From NCBI RefSeq assembly GCF_032191835.1, contig NC_083227.1:39928001-39992000 (forward strand): a stretch of 64,000 bases of DNA, read 5' to 3'. The notes under the pieces were generated by a model. That model was given only the letters and a program-made list of their open reading frames with translations, did not search any database and was not told the DNA's origin. The position numbers were made by a program, and so were the translations under genes. Source of the DNA: Heteronotia binoei (lineage: Eukaryota). This document shows positions 49,390 through 59,745 of the stretch, in pieces; within the stretch, counting starts at the first letter, position 1, and each line of letters opens with the position of its first letter.

Positions 49390-49756
49390 AATGATCGTGT
49401 AGCTAATATTAGGTGTAAAAGTAGAGGCTGGTCGAAATTGTGTAGGTTCCTGTACATTTTGTGAACCACCAAGTATATATATTTTTTAATTTCACATGTC
49501 TAAGTAATCTAAAAATGTCCATTCTAGTTTTGAACGGATTGTAATTGGGTGTGGGTACGAAGCCCAACCCATAATTAAGGACCTGACGCTCTAGTCGTGT
49601 TAGAGGGCAAGAGGATAAATTAACAACTATGTCTTCCACTGGGGTTGGCGGCGGGGGCCGTGACATAAAATATATCGGTCCCTAGAAAAGTTTTTATTCC
49701 AATACACTGGGGTATTTAGGTGGTTTCCTAGCTTCTGAGAATATTTTGAGGAACGG
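49390..49756 (-). mobile_element. Penelope-like element 5' end (ORF N-terminus plus inverted pLTR piece)
   Basis: MSRPPPPTPVEDIVVNLSSCPLTRLERQVLNYGLGFVPT is the typical PLE N-terminal motif; 49703-49754 is an inverted copy of 39702-39753. Confidence 0.8.
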
Positions 49757-50324
49757 AAGATTGGAAGCTCTTACCATGAAGCTTCCTTCTCAGTGGTCCT
49801 GGAGTGGGATGGTCCAAAACTGCTGGGAGTAGGCTCTTCCTCCGGAAACAGGGTCGTTGATCGTTTGATCCGGCCCGGGGGAGGGGCCTCTCCATTGGAA
49901 ACTCTAGCCTAAGTGACCTTCTAAGTGACCTTTCTCTAGCCTAAGTGACCTTCCAGACTTAAGATCTCTTCCTTGGATGGAAAAACCACTTGACTTGTTG
50001 GAAGAGTCCTTTGGCTAGAAGAACTTTGTGCAGCCTAACAGGCTCTTTACATGAGCTTCTTTTGCTTCTGAGAACACTTTCTTAACAAAGCATGTTATCT
50101 ACAGAAGATCTATTAGGTATAATAATTTGGAGTTCTAGTGCTAACCAATAAAAACTTACAGAAGTTTTGTGATTTGTCTTACTGTTTATTCCAGTGCTTT
50201 TTTTTTTAAAAAAGTGCATGTACTCTTACGTAAGGTTGCATTTATTTCCCCCTCACAACTTGGGAGAGTCCGTTTCCCCAAAGGTGCCACTATTCAGTAT
50301 CAGTACCACCACAAAAAAGTCCTG

Positions 50325-50535
50325 GAGAGCCAGTTTGGTGTAGTGGTTAAGTGCGCAGACTCTTATCTGGGAGAACCAGGTTTGATTCCCCACTCCTCCA
50401 CTTGCACCTGCTGGAATGGCATTGGGTCAGCCATAGCTCTCTTCTGTGAGAACTCTCTCAGCCCCACCTACCTCACAGGGTGTCTGTTGCGGGGGGGCGG
50501 GCGGGTAGGAGGTAAAGGAGATTGTGACCACTCTG
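50325..50535 (+). mobile_element. Squam3-type SINE
   Basis: ggagagccagtttggtgtagtggttaagtgcgcagactcttatctgggagaaccagg head. Confidence 0.8.
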
Positions 50536-51004
50536 ACACCCACAAAAGTTTATGCTGGAATAAAATCCTTCTTTCTGTTTAAAAAGATACCACCAGAGTT
50601 TTGTTTTGTTTTTAAACACCTGAAACTTAACCTGTGTGCATAACGATAAGACTGACAAGCACCCATTAAATCAAGCAGCTATCACTTTGGGGCAGAAGAT
50701 CACTTTTAGACAGAATTTGAAGTTGCTTTCCTAGTGAAAATGTGCTTGGTTCAAAAGCCCCACCATGACAAATGAACTTACGTACTTCTGTATTTAATAG
50801 TTTCAAGACTTGATAGCACCAGTTCTTTCTGTGCTATCTTTTTTCATTCTTTGTAGCTATTGCCATAAAATAGTAGCTGTTAACAGTTTTGTCATGATTC
50901 CATATTCTGTTATTAACTGTAGCCTTGAAACAAGGGAGTGCCTCATAATTATTAATTGTTGGAGGATATTCAGAGAGGTGGTTGAATAGAACTGAATAGA
51001 CCTT

Positions 51005-51120
51005 CCCAACCTTGTTATTCCAAGGAGGTCTCCCACCCAAATACTTGCTAGAGTTGGCCCTGCTCAGCTTCTTAAATCTGGCAAGATCAGGCTTGCCTGG
51101 GCTATTCAAGTCAGGGGGCA
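51005..51120 (-). mobile_element. 5S-derived SINE remnant
   Basis: ggaggtctcccacccaaatacttgctagagttggccctgctcagcttc...gcaagatcagg, a diverged reverse complement of 5S rRNA. Confidence 0.5.
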
Positions 51121-51239
51121 ATTTCAAGTTTTGTCCTTTTCATTTCCCCCGCAATTCAACTGTTTTTGAGAATTGATTGGGGGGGGAGGTACCAGAAGTT
51201 AGTCTTGCCTAGGGCACCAGATAGTCTAGGGCCGCCCTG

Positions 51240-51440
51240 ATAGCTCTCACAGGAGTTGTCCTTGAAAGGGCAGCTGCTGTGAGAGCTCTCTCAGCCCTAC
51301 CTACCTCACAGGGTGTCTGTTGTGGGTGGGGGGGAGGAGGTAAAGGAGATTGTGACCGCTCTGAGACTCTGAGATTCAGAGTATAGGGCGGGATATGAAT
51401 CCAATATGATCATCATCATCATCAATCATCAACATCATCT
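51240..51440 (+). mobile_element. Squam3-type SINE 3' part with (CAT)n tail
   Basis: gctctctcagccctacctacctcacagggtgtctgttgtggg...gggcgggatatgaatcc followed by a cat/ctt microsatellite. Confidence 0.7.
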
Positions 51441-52439
51441 TCTTCGTCTTCTTCTTCTGTCACAGCTCTCCTTTTTCCCTTGTAAAGGTTAAGTGCTCCC
51501 TCTCCCCACTTCCTTCACTGATGAAAATCATTCCTGCAAATCATCCTCTTCTGACTCTGTGGAGGGTCTTGGGAGCTTGTTACAGGCTCCGCAGTGTAAT
51601 ATGTAGTTGGTCTCTCATGACATCATTTCAGTTCTGGTTCCTTGGGGTTCCATCTTAGTTCTCCAGACAATTTTGTTGTGACATTCAGGCAGTGGTGGAC
51701 ACCAACAACAGCCTCATCATCCAAGATCTTGCTCATAAAAGCTGCTATTCAGGTTTTCCTGCCTTCCACAAAGCTCTTTGGGGTTATGTGCTGGTTAAAC
51801 TGTCCAGCAATCTCTGAAGTATCACTTGCAAGAGACAGTCTGTGATGTGAGTCAAAATTGTGAAGATGCTGGACTGAAGCAAACAATACAATAAAAAGAA
51901 GAATTGCAGGGAAAACAGACTGATGCCTCCTTCTATTCCCTTAGTCTGCAGTGTGTCGGTCTCCCAAATTCTGCTTCTTTCTATCCATCTTTTCTCTGTT
52001 TCTTAACCCTGCTCCCTTCCACTTGCTGTCCCCTGTTCAGCCTTTTGCCTACCAACCAGATGCATAAGATTTCTCTCTGTGTTATCTTTCTTTCCTTGAA
52101 GAATATCAACATGTGAAGCTTAGAGTTTTATTTCTTTTGTGTGTGTGTGTGTGAGGCTACTGCCCTGTGCATGCTCATACTTAATGAGCCTCTGATCAAA
52201 CATTCCTAGAAGTGTGCTGTACACCAGATTTCTCTCTAGTAGAATACTTTTCTAATTGTGTTCTTCTCTCAGCCTTCTTCTCATATTAATCTCATGCCTT
52301 TGTCTCTCTCCCCCCAGTCTGCATCTTTCCCCATCTGTATGCTTCTCTTGACACTTGCTTTCTGGGGAATGTCTCTCTTTTCCATCACATCTCCTTCCAG
52401 CTGCAATTCCACTCAGATCTCAACTGGCCAGACCTTCCC

Positions 52440-52567
52440 TGATCACAAGTGGCACATCCACAGACGTCTCTGAGCTCTTTCTAGCATGGATTCATCAGAG
52501 ATGCTCTTCATCAGTGCATGAGAAGACTTGGAGGAAGAAAAACTGCCTGATTCTAAGCAAACCAGAG
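52440..52567 (+). other. Putative 5' (apparently non-coding) exon of OR-2
   Basis: Homologous to 30880-31002 (ttcttcatcagcaaatg / ctcttcatcagtgcatg; ccagag|gtgag donor). 5' boundary unknown. Confidence 0.5.
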
Positions 52568-53439
52568 GTGAGGTTGGGGAGTGGAGGCACTAGAGAAAAG
52601 TAAGGGGCTCTAAAGTCTAGAACAAATATCTGTGAAATGATGGAGAAAGCAGCAATCTATAATTTATTTGACAGGCATTTTTCAGACATTGGGAAACAGC
52701 ACTTGCCTTGCTTCAAAAGGGTTCTCTTTTCTTTCTGAACTTTCCAGATTCAACAGGAGTCTCGTGGCACTTCATAGATGAACATAATGTATTCCAGCAT
52801 TAAACCTCAGTTCTCCTGCTGTATTTGTTTGCAATCCTGGAACAGAGGCAGCGTTTTATGGGGAGGGTTATTAAAATCCCTTCCACTGCTTCCCCATTTC
52901 CTCCAGAAGCTATTAAAAAAAAAAGAAAAGCAAATCAAAACTCCTCACCTTTAACTTCTCAGCATGGGATTACTTTTACCCATGTTTGTGAACAAAAAGA
53001 ATAATCTTTGTGTCTAAATGAAAACAGTCCAGCCATTTTAGACTTTTCTTAAATGGGAGATGCTGCAGCCCCTTGAACATTTTATTCCTAGGTGTTGAGT
53101 TCTGTTGTTCTCTTAGATCTACCTTCTTCATCAGAATGCAGAATGTTACACACAATCATGAATTTCTACAATGGCATAGGGTAATTCCTTGGGTTTTTTT
53201 TAATTCACTCAAGCTAATTCCTAAGGTTAAATTTACCTTTTTCTAATATGTGCTTGCCCCACCCCTATGTCTTTTTAAAATAATAATTGATAGTTGTTTC
53301 TTCTATTTAGATATTTGTTACCTTAATTTCTCCCCATTGGGGACCAAAGCATCTTACAACATCATTCTCTCATCCTCCATTTTATCCACAATACAACAAC
53401 TCTGTAATACATGTATGTGTGAGTTAAGTGCTGTCATGT

Positions 53440-54960
53440 TGCTTCCAATTTATGGTGACCCTGTAAATTAATAACCTCCCACTGTCCTATTAGCCTTGCT
53501 CAGGTCTTGCAAACTGCAAGCCATCGTTTCCTTTATTAATCTATCTCATGTTGGGTCTTCCTCTTTTCCTGTTGCCTTCCAGTTTTCCTAGCATTATTGT
53601 CATTTCCTGTGACTCATCTTCTCATAATGTGACCAAATTATGATAGCCTTAGTTTATTCCTTTTAGTTTCAAGGAACAGTTCAGCCTTCCTTTGATCTAG
53701 AACCCAGTTATTCATCTTTTTGGCAGACCACAATATCTGTAAAACTCTCCTCCAACACCACAATCAACTTTTGTCCTGTCGGCTTTCTTCACTGTCCAAC
53801 TTATGCACATATGAACACATGAAGCTGCCTTATACTGAATCAGACCCTCGGTCCATCAAAGTCAGTATTGTCTACTCAGACTGGCACTGGCTCTCCAGGG
53901 TCACAAGCTGAGGTTTTTCATGCCTACCTGCCTGGACCCTTTTTAGTTGGAGATGCCGGGAATTGAACCTGGGACCTTCTGCTTACCAAGCAAATGCTCC
54001 ACCACTGAGCCACCGTCCCTCCCCAAATAATAATTCATGTATAGTAATAAATTATTATCTTCATCTTGGCTGACAGCAACACATCCTTAGTCTTAAGAAT
54101 CTTTTCTAGCTCCTTCATGGCTGAACTTTGCTGTGAGATGTTGAGTATTGATTTACTTGCATGAGAAATGAATGTAATGGTCAGATAGTTGATGCAGTCT
54201 TTGACATCTCTTTTTTTCAGAATTGGGATGCAGATTGTTTCTGGTCTGTTGGCCACTGTCCCCCCCCTCAATATTTATTGGAATATTCTTGTTCAGATGC
54301 TGATGGGCTCTGTTTCTGAGGCTTGAAAAAAAATGCTATTGATGATTCATCTACTCCTGGTGATTTGTTTCTCACAATTGCTCTCAGTGAAGTTGTACTG
54401 GTGCTTTCATTTCACTTTCTAAAACTGTAGATCATCTTCAAAAGATTCTTCTTGGAAGGAATGTCATCCTTTCATCTCTTTTGTATAGCTCTTCAGTGTA
54501 TTGTTCTCATATTTTCTTTATTTTGTTAATGCTTTACCATGTTGATCTTTCAGCATACCTAATAATGATTTACCGTAAATTTCCCTTTGATTTCTTGGAT
54601 CTTGTGGAACAGAACTCTTGTTCTTCCTTTTTTGTTGTTCTATTTCTTTACAGTGGTTATTATAATAGTTTTCTTTGTCTTTACTCACATGTCTCTGGAA
54701 CTCTGCACTGCCTCAGTCCTTAGAAATTTTAAGAGCTTCATCTGTCATCCACTGAGGTTTTTCATTCCTTTTAACTACAAGAAGAGTCTTGTGCGTTCTT
54801 CATTGTTGATATCTCTGGTTTTAGCCCCTAGTTCTTCCAATTTGCATTCACTCAGATTTAGTAATACAAAATCTGTTCTTTACATGGTCTTTTAACACTT
54901 CAGGAATGATGTTAAGATTGTATTAAGGCACAATGAATGTTTTGGAGTTTTTCTCCACCT
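53440..54960 (-). mobile_element. Degraded RTE-BovB LINE fragments
   Basis: RTE-type 3' end (ccctgtaaatt...ttgctcaggtcttgcaaact) and RT remnant IPILKKRDVKDCINYLTITFISHASK; interrupted by a SINE. Confidence 0.7.
53812..54025 (-). mobile_element. tRNA-derived SINE with CR1-like tail
   Basis: gggaattgaacctgggacc (B-box complement) and gaacacatgaagctgccttatactgaatcagaccc tail. Confidence 0.7.
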
Positions 54961-55104
54961 TAAAGGTGAAACAAATTAGCATCTGTAGTGAGATATGCAT
55001 CCTATATCCCTATTCAGTCCTGGGAGGTCCATTGCTCTGAATTTATGGATGAACTCAGGTTCAGCAATCTCACATTATAGGCTCAGGGGTCCCCAGTCCT
55101 ACTT

Positions 55105-55221
55105 GTATCTGATGAAGGGAGCTTGGAAGCTCAAAAGCTTGTAGCCTGGAAATTTTGTTGATCTTTAAGATGCTACTGGACTCAACTTTTGCTCTTCTAC
55201 TGCAGACCAACATGGCTATCC
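55105..55221 (+). mobile_element. Penelope pLTR-derived short element with degenerate hammerhead motif
   Basis: ctgatgaagggagcttggaagctcaaaagctt...ctgcagaccaacatggctatc; same family as 58818-58945. Confidence 0.55.
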
Positions 55222-55410
55222 CCAGTGTTCCCTCTAAGCTGAGTTAGTGTGAGCTAGCTCACATTTTGTTAGCCTCCAGTTCACACATTTTTGTCTTAGC
55301 TCAGGAATAGTGGCTCCAGAACAAACTAATTTATACAGTAGCTCATAACTTTAATGCCAGTGGCTCACGAAGCAGAATTTTTGCTCACAAGATTCCACAG
55401 CTTAGAGAGA
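55222..55410. mobile_element. MITE-like element (family of 1003-1190)
   Basis: cagtgttccctctaagctgagttagtgtgagc ... cagcttagagagagaattgctg. Confidence 0.6.
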
Positions 55411-56474
55411 GAATTGCTGCCCACCTGAACCTATATAAGCACAGTGCCTCCTCTTTGCTTGTTGTTCTCTTTTGGGTTGCTCCTGATAGGCACAGGGGGC
55501 AGATTATTTGCTTGCATTTCTTGGCAAAACAAACAAACAAGCAAACAAAATTGCTTTGCATTATCTTAAGTTTTCTACACTCATTTTCTACACTATTGTA
55601 ATTCATGGTACTTTCCATGTCTGTGAGCTGCCCTGAGCCTGCCTTGGCGGGGAGGGCGGGATATAAATAAAAATTATTATTATTATTTTCTTGAATTGTC
55701 ACCGAAAGCAGTTTCACCCCGGAGTTGCTCCTCACTTCACAAGAGTACTTTTGAACAGGGATTTTCTGCAGGTGGATTCAATGCTCATAAAAAATCTGAA
55801 TCAACCCTGAGTGTAGAAACAGCCTTAGTACAGGGTCTACTGTAAGCTCCAGAAGGATTGGCCACATCAGGGGTGTGTGGCCTAATATGCAAAGGAGTTT
55901 CTGCTACAAAAAAAAGCCCTGAAATTTGCGCCAATTTCCCGGTGTGAGAGCGCTCATCTTGGCAATTAATTTTAAAATTCTTAGTGTATAATAGCAGTAG
56001 TAATTACAAACATTTTAACAAAACTTCAACAAGCCCTCAGGCAGTACATTGGGGAAATCTGGCCATGGCCCTGTGAAAATCCAACTGCACTGTCCTACAC
56101 TCTTAAGATGGAATACAGTGTAACAACCTGATGAAAAGCATCAATGGTAGATGAACAAACGAACAATTCATCAAAAAATATTCTTTTTCTCAAATCTGAG
56201 CCCAACTGGCAAGTGTTTGAGCATTCCTAACTAATATTTAGACAAAAATCTATAAATAATATTTTGATAGGCTGTGCCCTACGTAGGGTGTGGACATACA
56301 TTTTGGAGGCTTAGACTCAAATCACAATTCACTGGGTGATCACAGAAATAACTGACTTTAATTCTCCCTGATACTGCTTTGGTGTGAGTAGTTCACAACA
56401 GCTTCCTTTCCTGATTCATTGCCTGTTATTCATTATTCCTGACTTTTACAGATGATGATGAACAGTGATGCATC

Positions 56475-57410
56475 ATGGAAACACTAAACCAAAGCTACCA
56501 AGGAGAGTTCATCTTATTGGGAGTGGCTGACCGCCCTCACTTGGAGAAGTTGCTCTCTGCAATTGTTCTGATCTGCTACGTGATGACCTTGCTTGGAAAC
56601 ACAATAATCATTGTGGTATCACAGCTGGATCCTTCTCTCCACACCCCCATGTATTTCTTCCTCACCAACCTCTCCTTTCTAGACCTCTGTTACACAACGA
56701 GCCTTGGTCCCCACATGCTAGTGAATTTCTGGAGAAAACGAAAGACCATTAAGTATGCTGCTTGTGCAGTCCAGCTTTATGTCTCTCTTAGTCTGGGCTC
56801 AACAGAGTGTCTTCTATTGGCATCCATGGCTTATGACCGCTATGCAGCAGTCTGCCAGCCTCTGCGCTACACTGTCATTATGAGCCATTCTGTATGTTTC
56901 AAAATGGCCACTGTCTCCTGGGTGATTGGTTTCAGCCACTCATTAGTGCAGACAATAATGACTCTGAAGCTCCCATTTTGTGGAAACAACAGGATAGACC
57001 ATTTTTTCTGTGAAGTACCAGCACTGCTGAGATTGGCATGTGTTGACATCTCGGTCAACGAGGCTGTTCTCTCGGCTTCCTGCATAGTCATCCTTCTGCT
57101 CCCTTTGGGCCTTATCATAGTTTCATATGGTTACATCACAGTTGCTGTCTTGAGGATCCGCTCAGCCGAAGGCAGGCACAAGGCATTCAGCACCTGTGCT
57201 TCCCACTTGACTGTGGTGTCTCTCTTTTATGGCTCAGCCATTTTTAGCTATCTCCAACCTCCTTCTAACTACTCCCACGACCAAGGCAAAATGATGTCCC
57301 TGTTCTATACCGTGGTTGCTCCAATGCTTAACCCTTTAATCTATACGCTGAGGAACAAAGATGTCCACAGAGCTCTAAGAAGACTAATGCACAGGGAACC
57401 AACCCTGTAG
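56475..57410 (+). CDS. Olfactory receptor OR-2, class II, OR2-like, intact ORF
   Basis: 311-aa ORF METLNQSY...; [56 protein letters not shown]; close paralog of OR-1; AATAAA at ~57457. Confidence 0.95.
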   Translation: METLNQSYQGEFILLGVADRPHLEKLLSAIVLICYVMTLLGNTIIIVVSQLDPSLHTPMYFFLTNLSFLDLCYTTSLGPHMLVNFWRKRKTIKYAACAVQLYVSLSLGSTECLLLASMAYDRYAAVCQPLRYTVIMSHSVCFKMATVSWVIGFSHSLVQTIMTLKLPFCGNNRIDHFFCEVPALLRLACVDISVNEAVLSASCIVILLLPLGLIIVSYGYITVAVLRIRSAEGRHKAFSTCASHLTVVSLFYGSAIFSYLQPPSNYSHDQGKMMSLFYTVVAPMLNPLIYTLRNKDVHRALRRLMHREPTL

Positions 57411-58100
57411 TCCACTAGCTTCCAAATCCATTTTTGGAGGATCAGTAGCATCTTCTAATAAAAAAACAACTGAAAATATTTATACCTCAATATCCCAAAT
57501 TAATTGCTTGAAGTAGATTGTATTAAAATACACATATGCTAAAATCTCTAAATGAACTCTTCAAACAGCAAAGGAATGCAAAACATCAATGTAAAAAAAA
57601 CCCCAGACCATCAGCCTATTTTTTTTAAAAAAAAAAACGAAGATGAAACAGCTAGCATAATGAGCCAAAGTAAGAAGCAAACTATTCCAGAACAAACTCA
57701 GCCTGAAGAAGAATAAAATCAAAAGTGCTTCTGATGGTACCTGAATACCAGCAACAAAGGTGCAGGCACTGTCACTCCAGAGTCTCACTGGCTAGTATCA
57801 CTGATCTTTGCCTACCTTGCCTGCTTTGGACTGCAGGGGGGTGTATCCAGAGAAGGGGCTCTGAAGAGTATCATAATCTGATTTGAGATACAATTATTTG
57901 GCTTCCAAAAGCTTTTCCAATGAGTTTCATGGGTGAGCAGATATTGTACCTTGGTCCTTTGTCCATTTTGAGACAAGTCTGACCTGTTCAAAATGGATGG
58001 ATTCCACTTGAACCAAGATAGGACCAGACTGCTAGAGTGTAACATAAAAAAAGGTGTCAGAACAGCTTTTAAACTGAACACCAGGAGAGGAGAGCCAACT

Positions 58101-58610
58101 AGGGTTGCCAATCCCCAGGTGGCATCAGGGGATTCCCTCGGTTTGGAGGCCCTCCCCCCTTTTTAAGGGTCATTAGAAAGCGGGGTGGGGTGGTGGGGAG
58201 GGAAATGTCTGCTGGGCACTCCATTATTCCCTATGAAGATTGATTCCCATAGGGTATAATGGAGAATTGATCTGTGGGTATCTGGGCCTCGGGGGGCTGT
58301 TTTTGAGGTAGAGGCACCAAATTTTCCACATAGCATCTGGTGCCTCTCCTAAAAGCGCACCCCAAGTTTAAAAAAGATTGGATAAGGAGGTCCAGTTCTA
58401 TGAGCCCCAAAAGAAGGTGCCCCATCCTCCATTATTTCCAATGAAGGGAAGATGTTTAAAAGGCTTGCAATCCCTTTAAATGTGATTTCCAGAACTCCCT
58501 TCAGAATTCAATTGTGCTTGTCAAACCCTTGTTCCCAGCTCCACCCCAAAGTCTCCTGGCTCCACCCCCAAAGTCCCCAGATATTTTTTGAGTTGGACTT
58601 GGCAACCCTA
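58101..58610. mobile_element. agggttgcca-family MITE
   Basis: agggttgccaatcc ... gacttggcaaccct TIRs; inverted homolog of 23996-24470. Confidence 0.75.
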
Positions 58611-58817
58611 GAGCCAACAGGAGCTGAGAAGCATCTCATTTGGGCATATTTTGGCCATATGTGACCAAGAATCCACCCTCTAGTGTTTTTTCAGCCCTGT
58701 TTTGTCCTACACTAACAAGCACAGATCCCTATTTGTGATTCTTTTAATTTGCTAAAAAACATTCCCATGATTCCACACTGCCCCCTTCTATTAAGAATTG
58801 CTGCTTGCCATTCTCAT

Positions 58818-58945
58818 TTTGTCTGATGAAGTCTGCTTAAGAGCATACGAAAGCTTACATTCTAAATAAAACTCAGTCAGTCTTAAAGGTGCATTTGTCT
58901 ACTGCTTTGTTCTATTGCTTCAGACCAACACGGCTGCCTACTGGG
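58818..58945 (+). mobile_element. Penelope pLTR-derived short element carrying a type I hammerhead-like core
   Basis: CTGATGA 58823-58829, hairpin gtctgc-ttaaga-gcatac, GAAA 58849-58852, then gctt; followed by the ...cagaccaacacggctgcc tail. Confidence 0.6.
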
Positions 58946-59479
58946 AAGAATCCACCTATTATTCAAACCACAAGACCTTGAGAAAAACCCAAACTCTTCT
59001 TGTGAAGATCCGGAATCCTATGTTAAAACTGGATAGGCAGTGTCAAGAAATTTGAGTTTTTAGTTAAGTTTCTTGTTTTCTCTAAAACATTAATTCATTT
59101 ATTTTCTAGGCCTGCATTCAAGTTAAAAAGTCCAAATGGAAAATATCTGGGCTGGTTGCTTGAAGGTTCAGCAAGCTGATCTGATGCCATTAGATTACAT
59201 TCTCAGGTGCAGAGAGGAAACCAGCAACTATCACTGACTCACTTCTTGTTCCTAAGGCCAGAATCAGGGTGTCTTGGTAACCATAATTAACTGCATTCCA
59301 TTCAATTAGGGTTCATGATTTACACCTGTAGAAATGAGAGAGTTATACTGCAAATAGCTCTATCAGTCAAATATGTGGCCTCTGAGAGGGATCCAGCCCC
59401 AGTAGGGCTTGTATGCATCCCACAAGCAACCAGCTGTGGTCTGCTTTCTTCTTCCTTTCTCTTGTTTTCTTTTGCATCG

Positions 59480-59745
59480 CAGCTTACTTTGGCAGGCTCT
59501 CTCAATCACACAGGAGCTACAGAGTAAAGCCTATCTTCTCTCCATTGGCTGAGGCTTCTCGGGAGGGATCCAGTGTTTGTTTGCTAGGCTCTCTCAATCA
59601 CACAGCAGAGCTACTGAGTCAAGCCTCTATTCCCTCCATTGGCTGAGTCTCCACCCCCTCTTATCCCCTGGGAAGGAAGAGAGGGGGAGGGTGGGAAAGA
59701 GTGAGAGCTTACTTTGCCCAGTTCTCTCAATCACACAGGAGAGAT
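59480..59745. repeat. Three-unit internal sub-repeat (ctctcaatcacacag)
   Basis: Motif at ~59498, ~59591 and ~59724; two units continue with tccattggctgag. Confidence 0.6.

Noticed and set aside
59480-59745. CRISPR-like array
   Set aside because: Vertebrate DNA, only three 15-bp units, irregular spacing, and the spacers are mutually similar.
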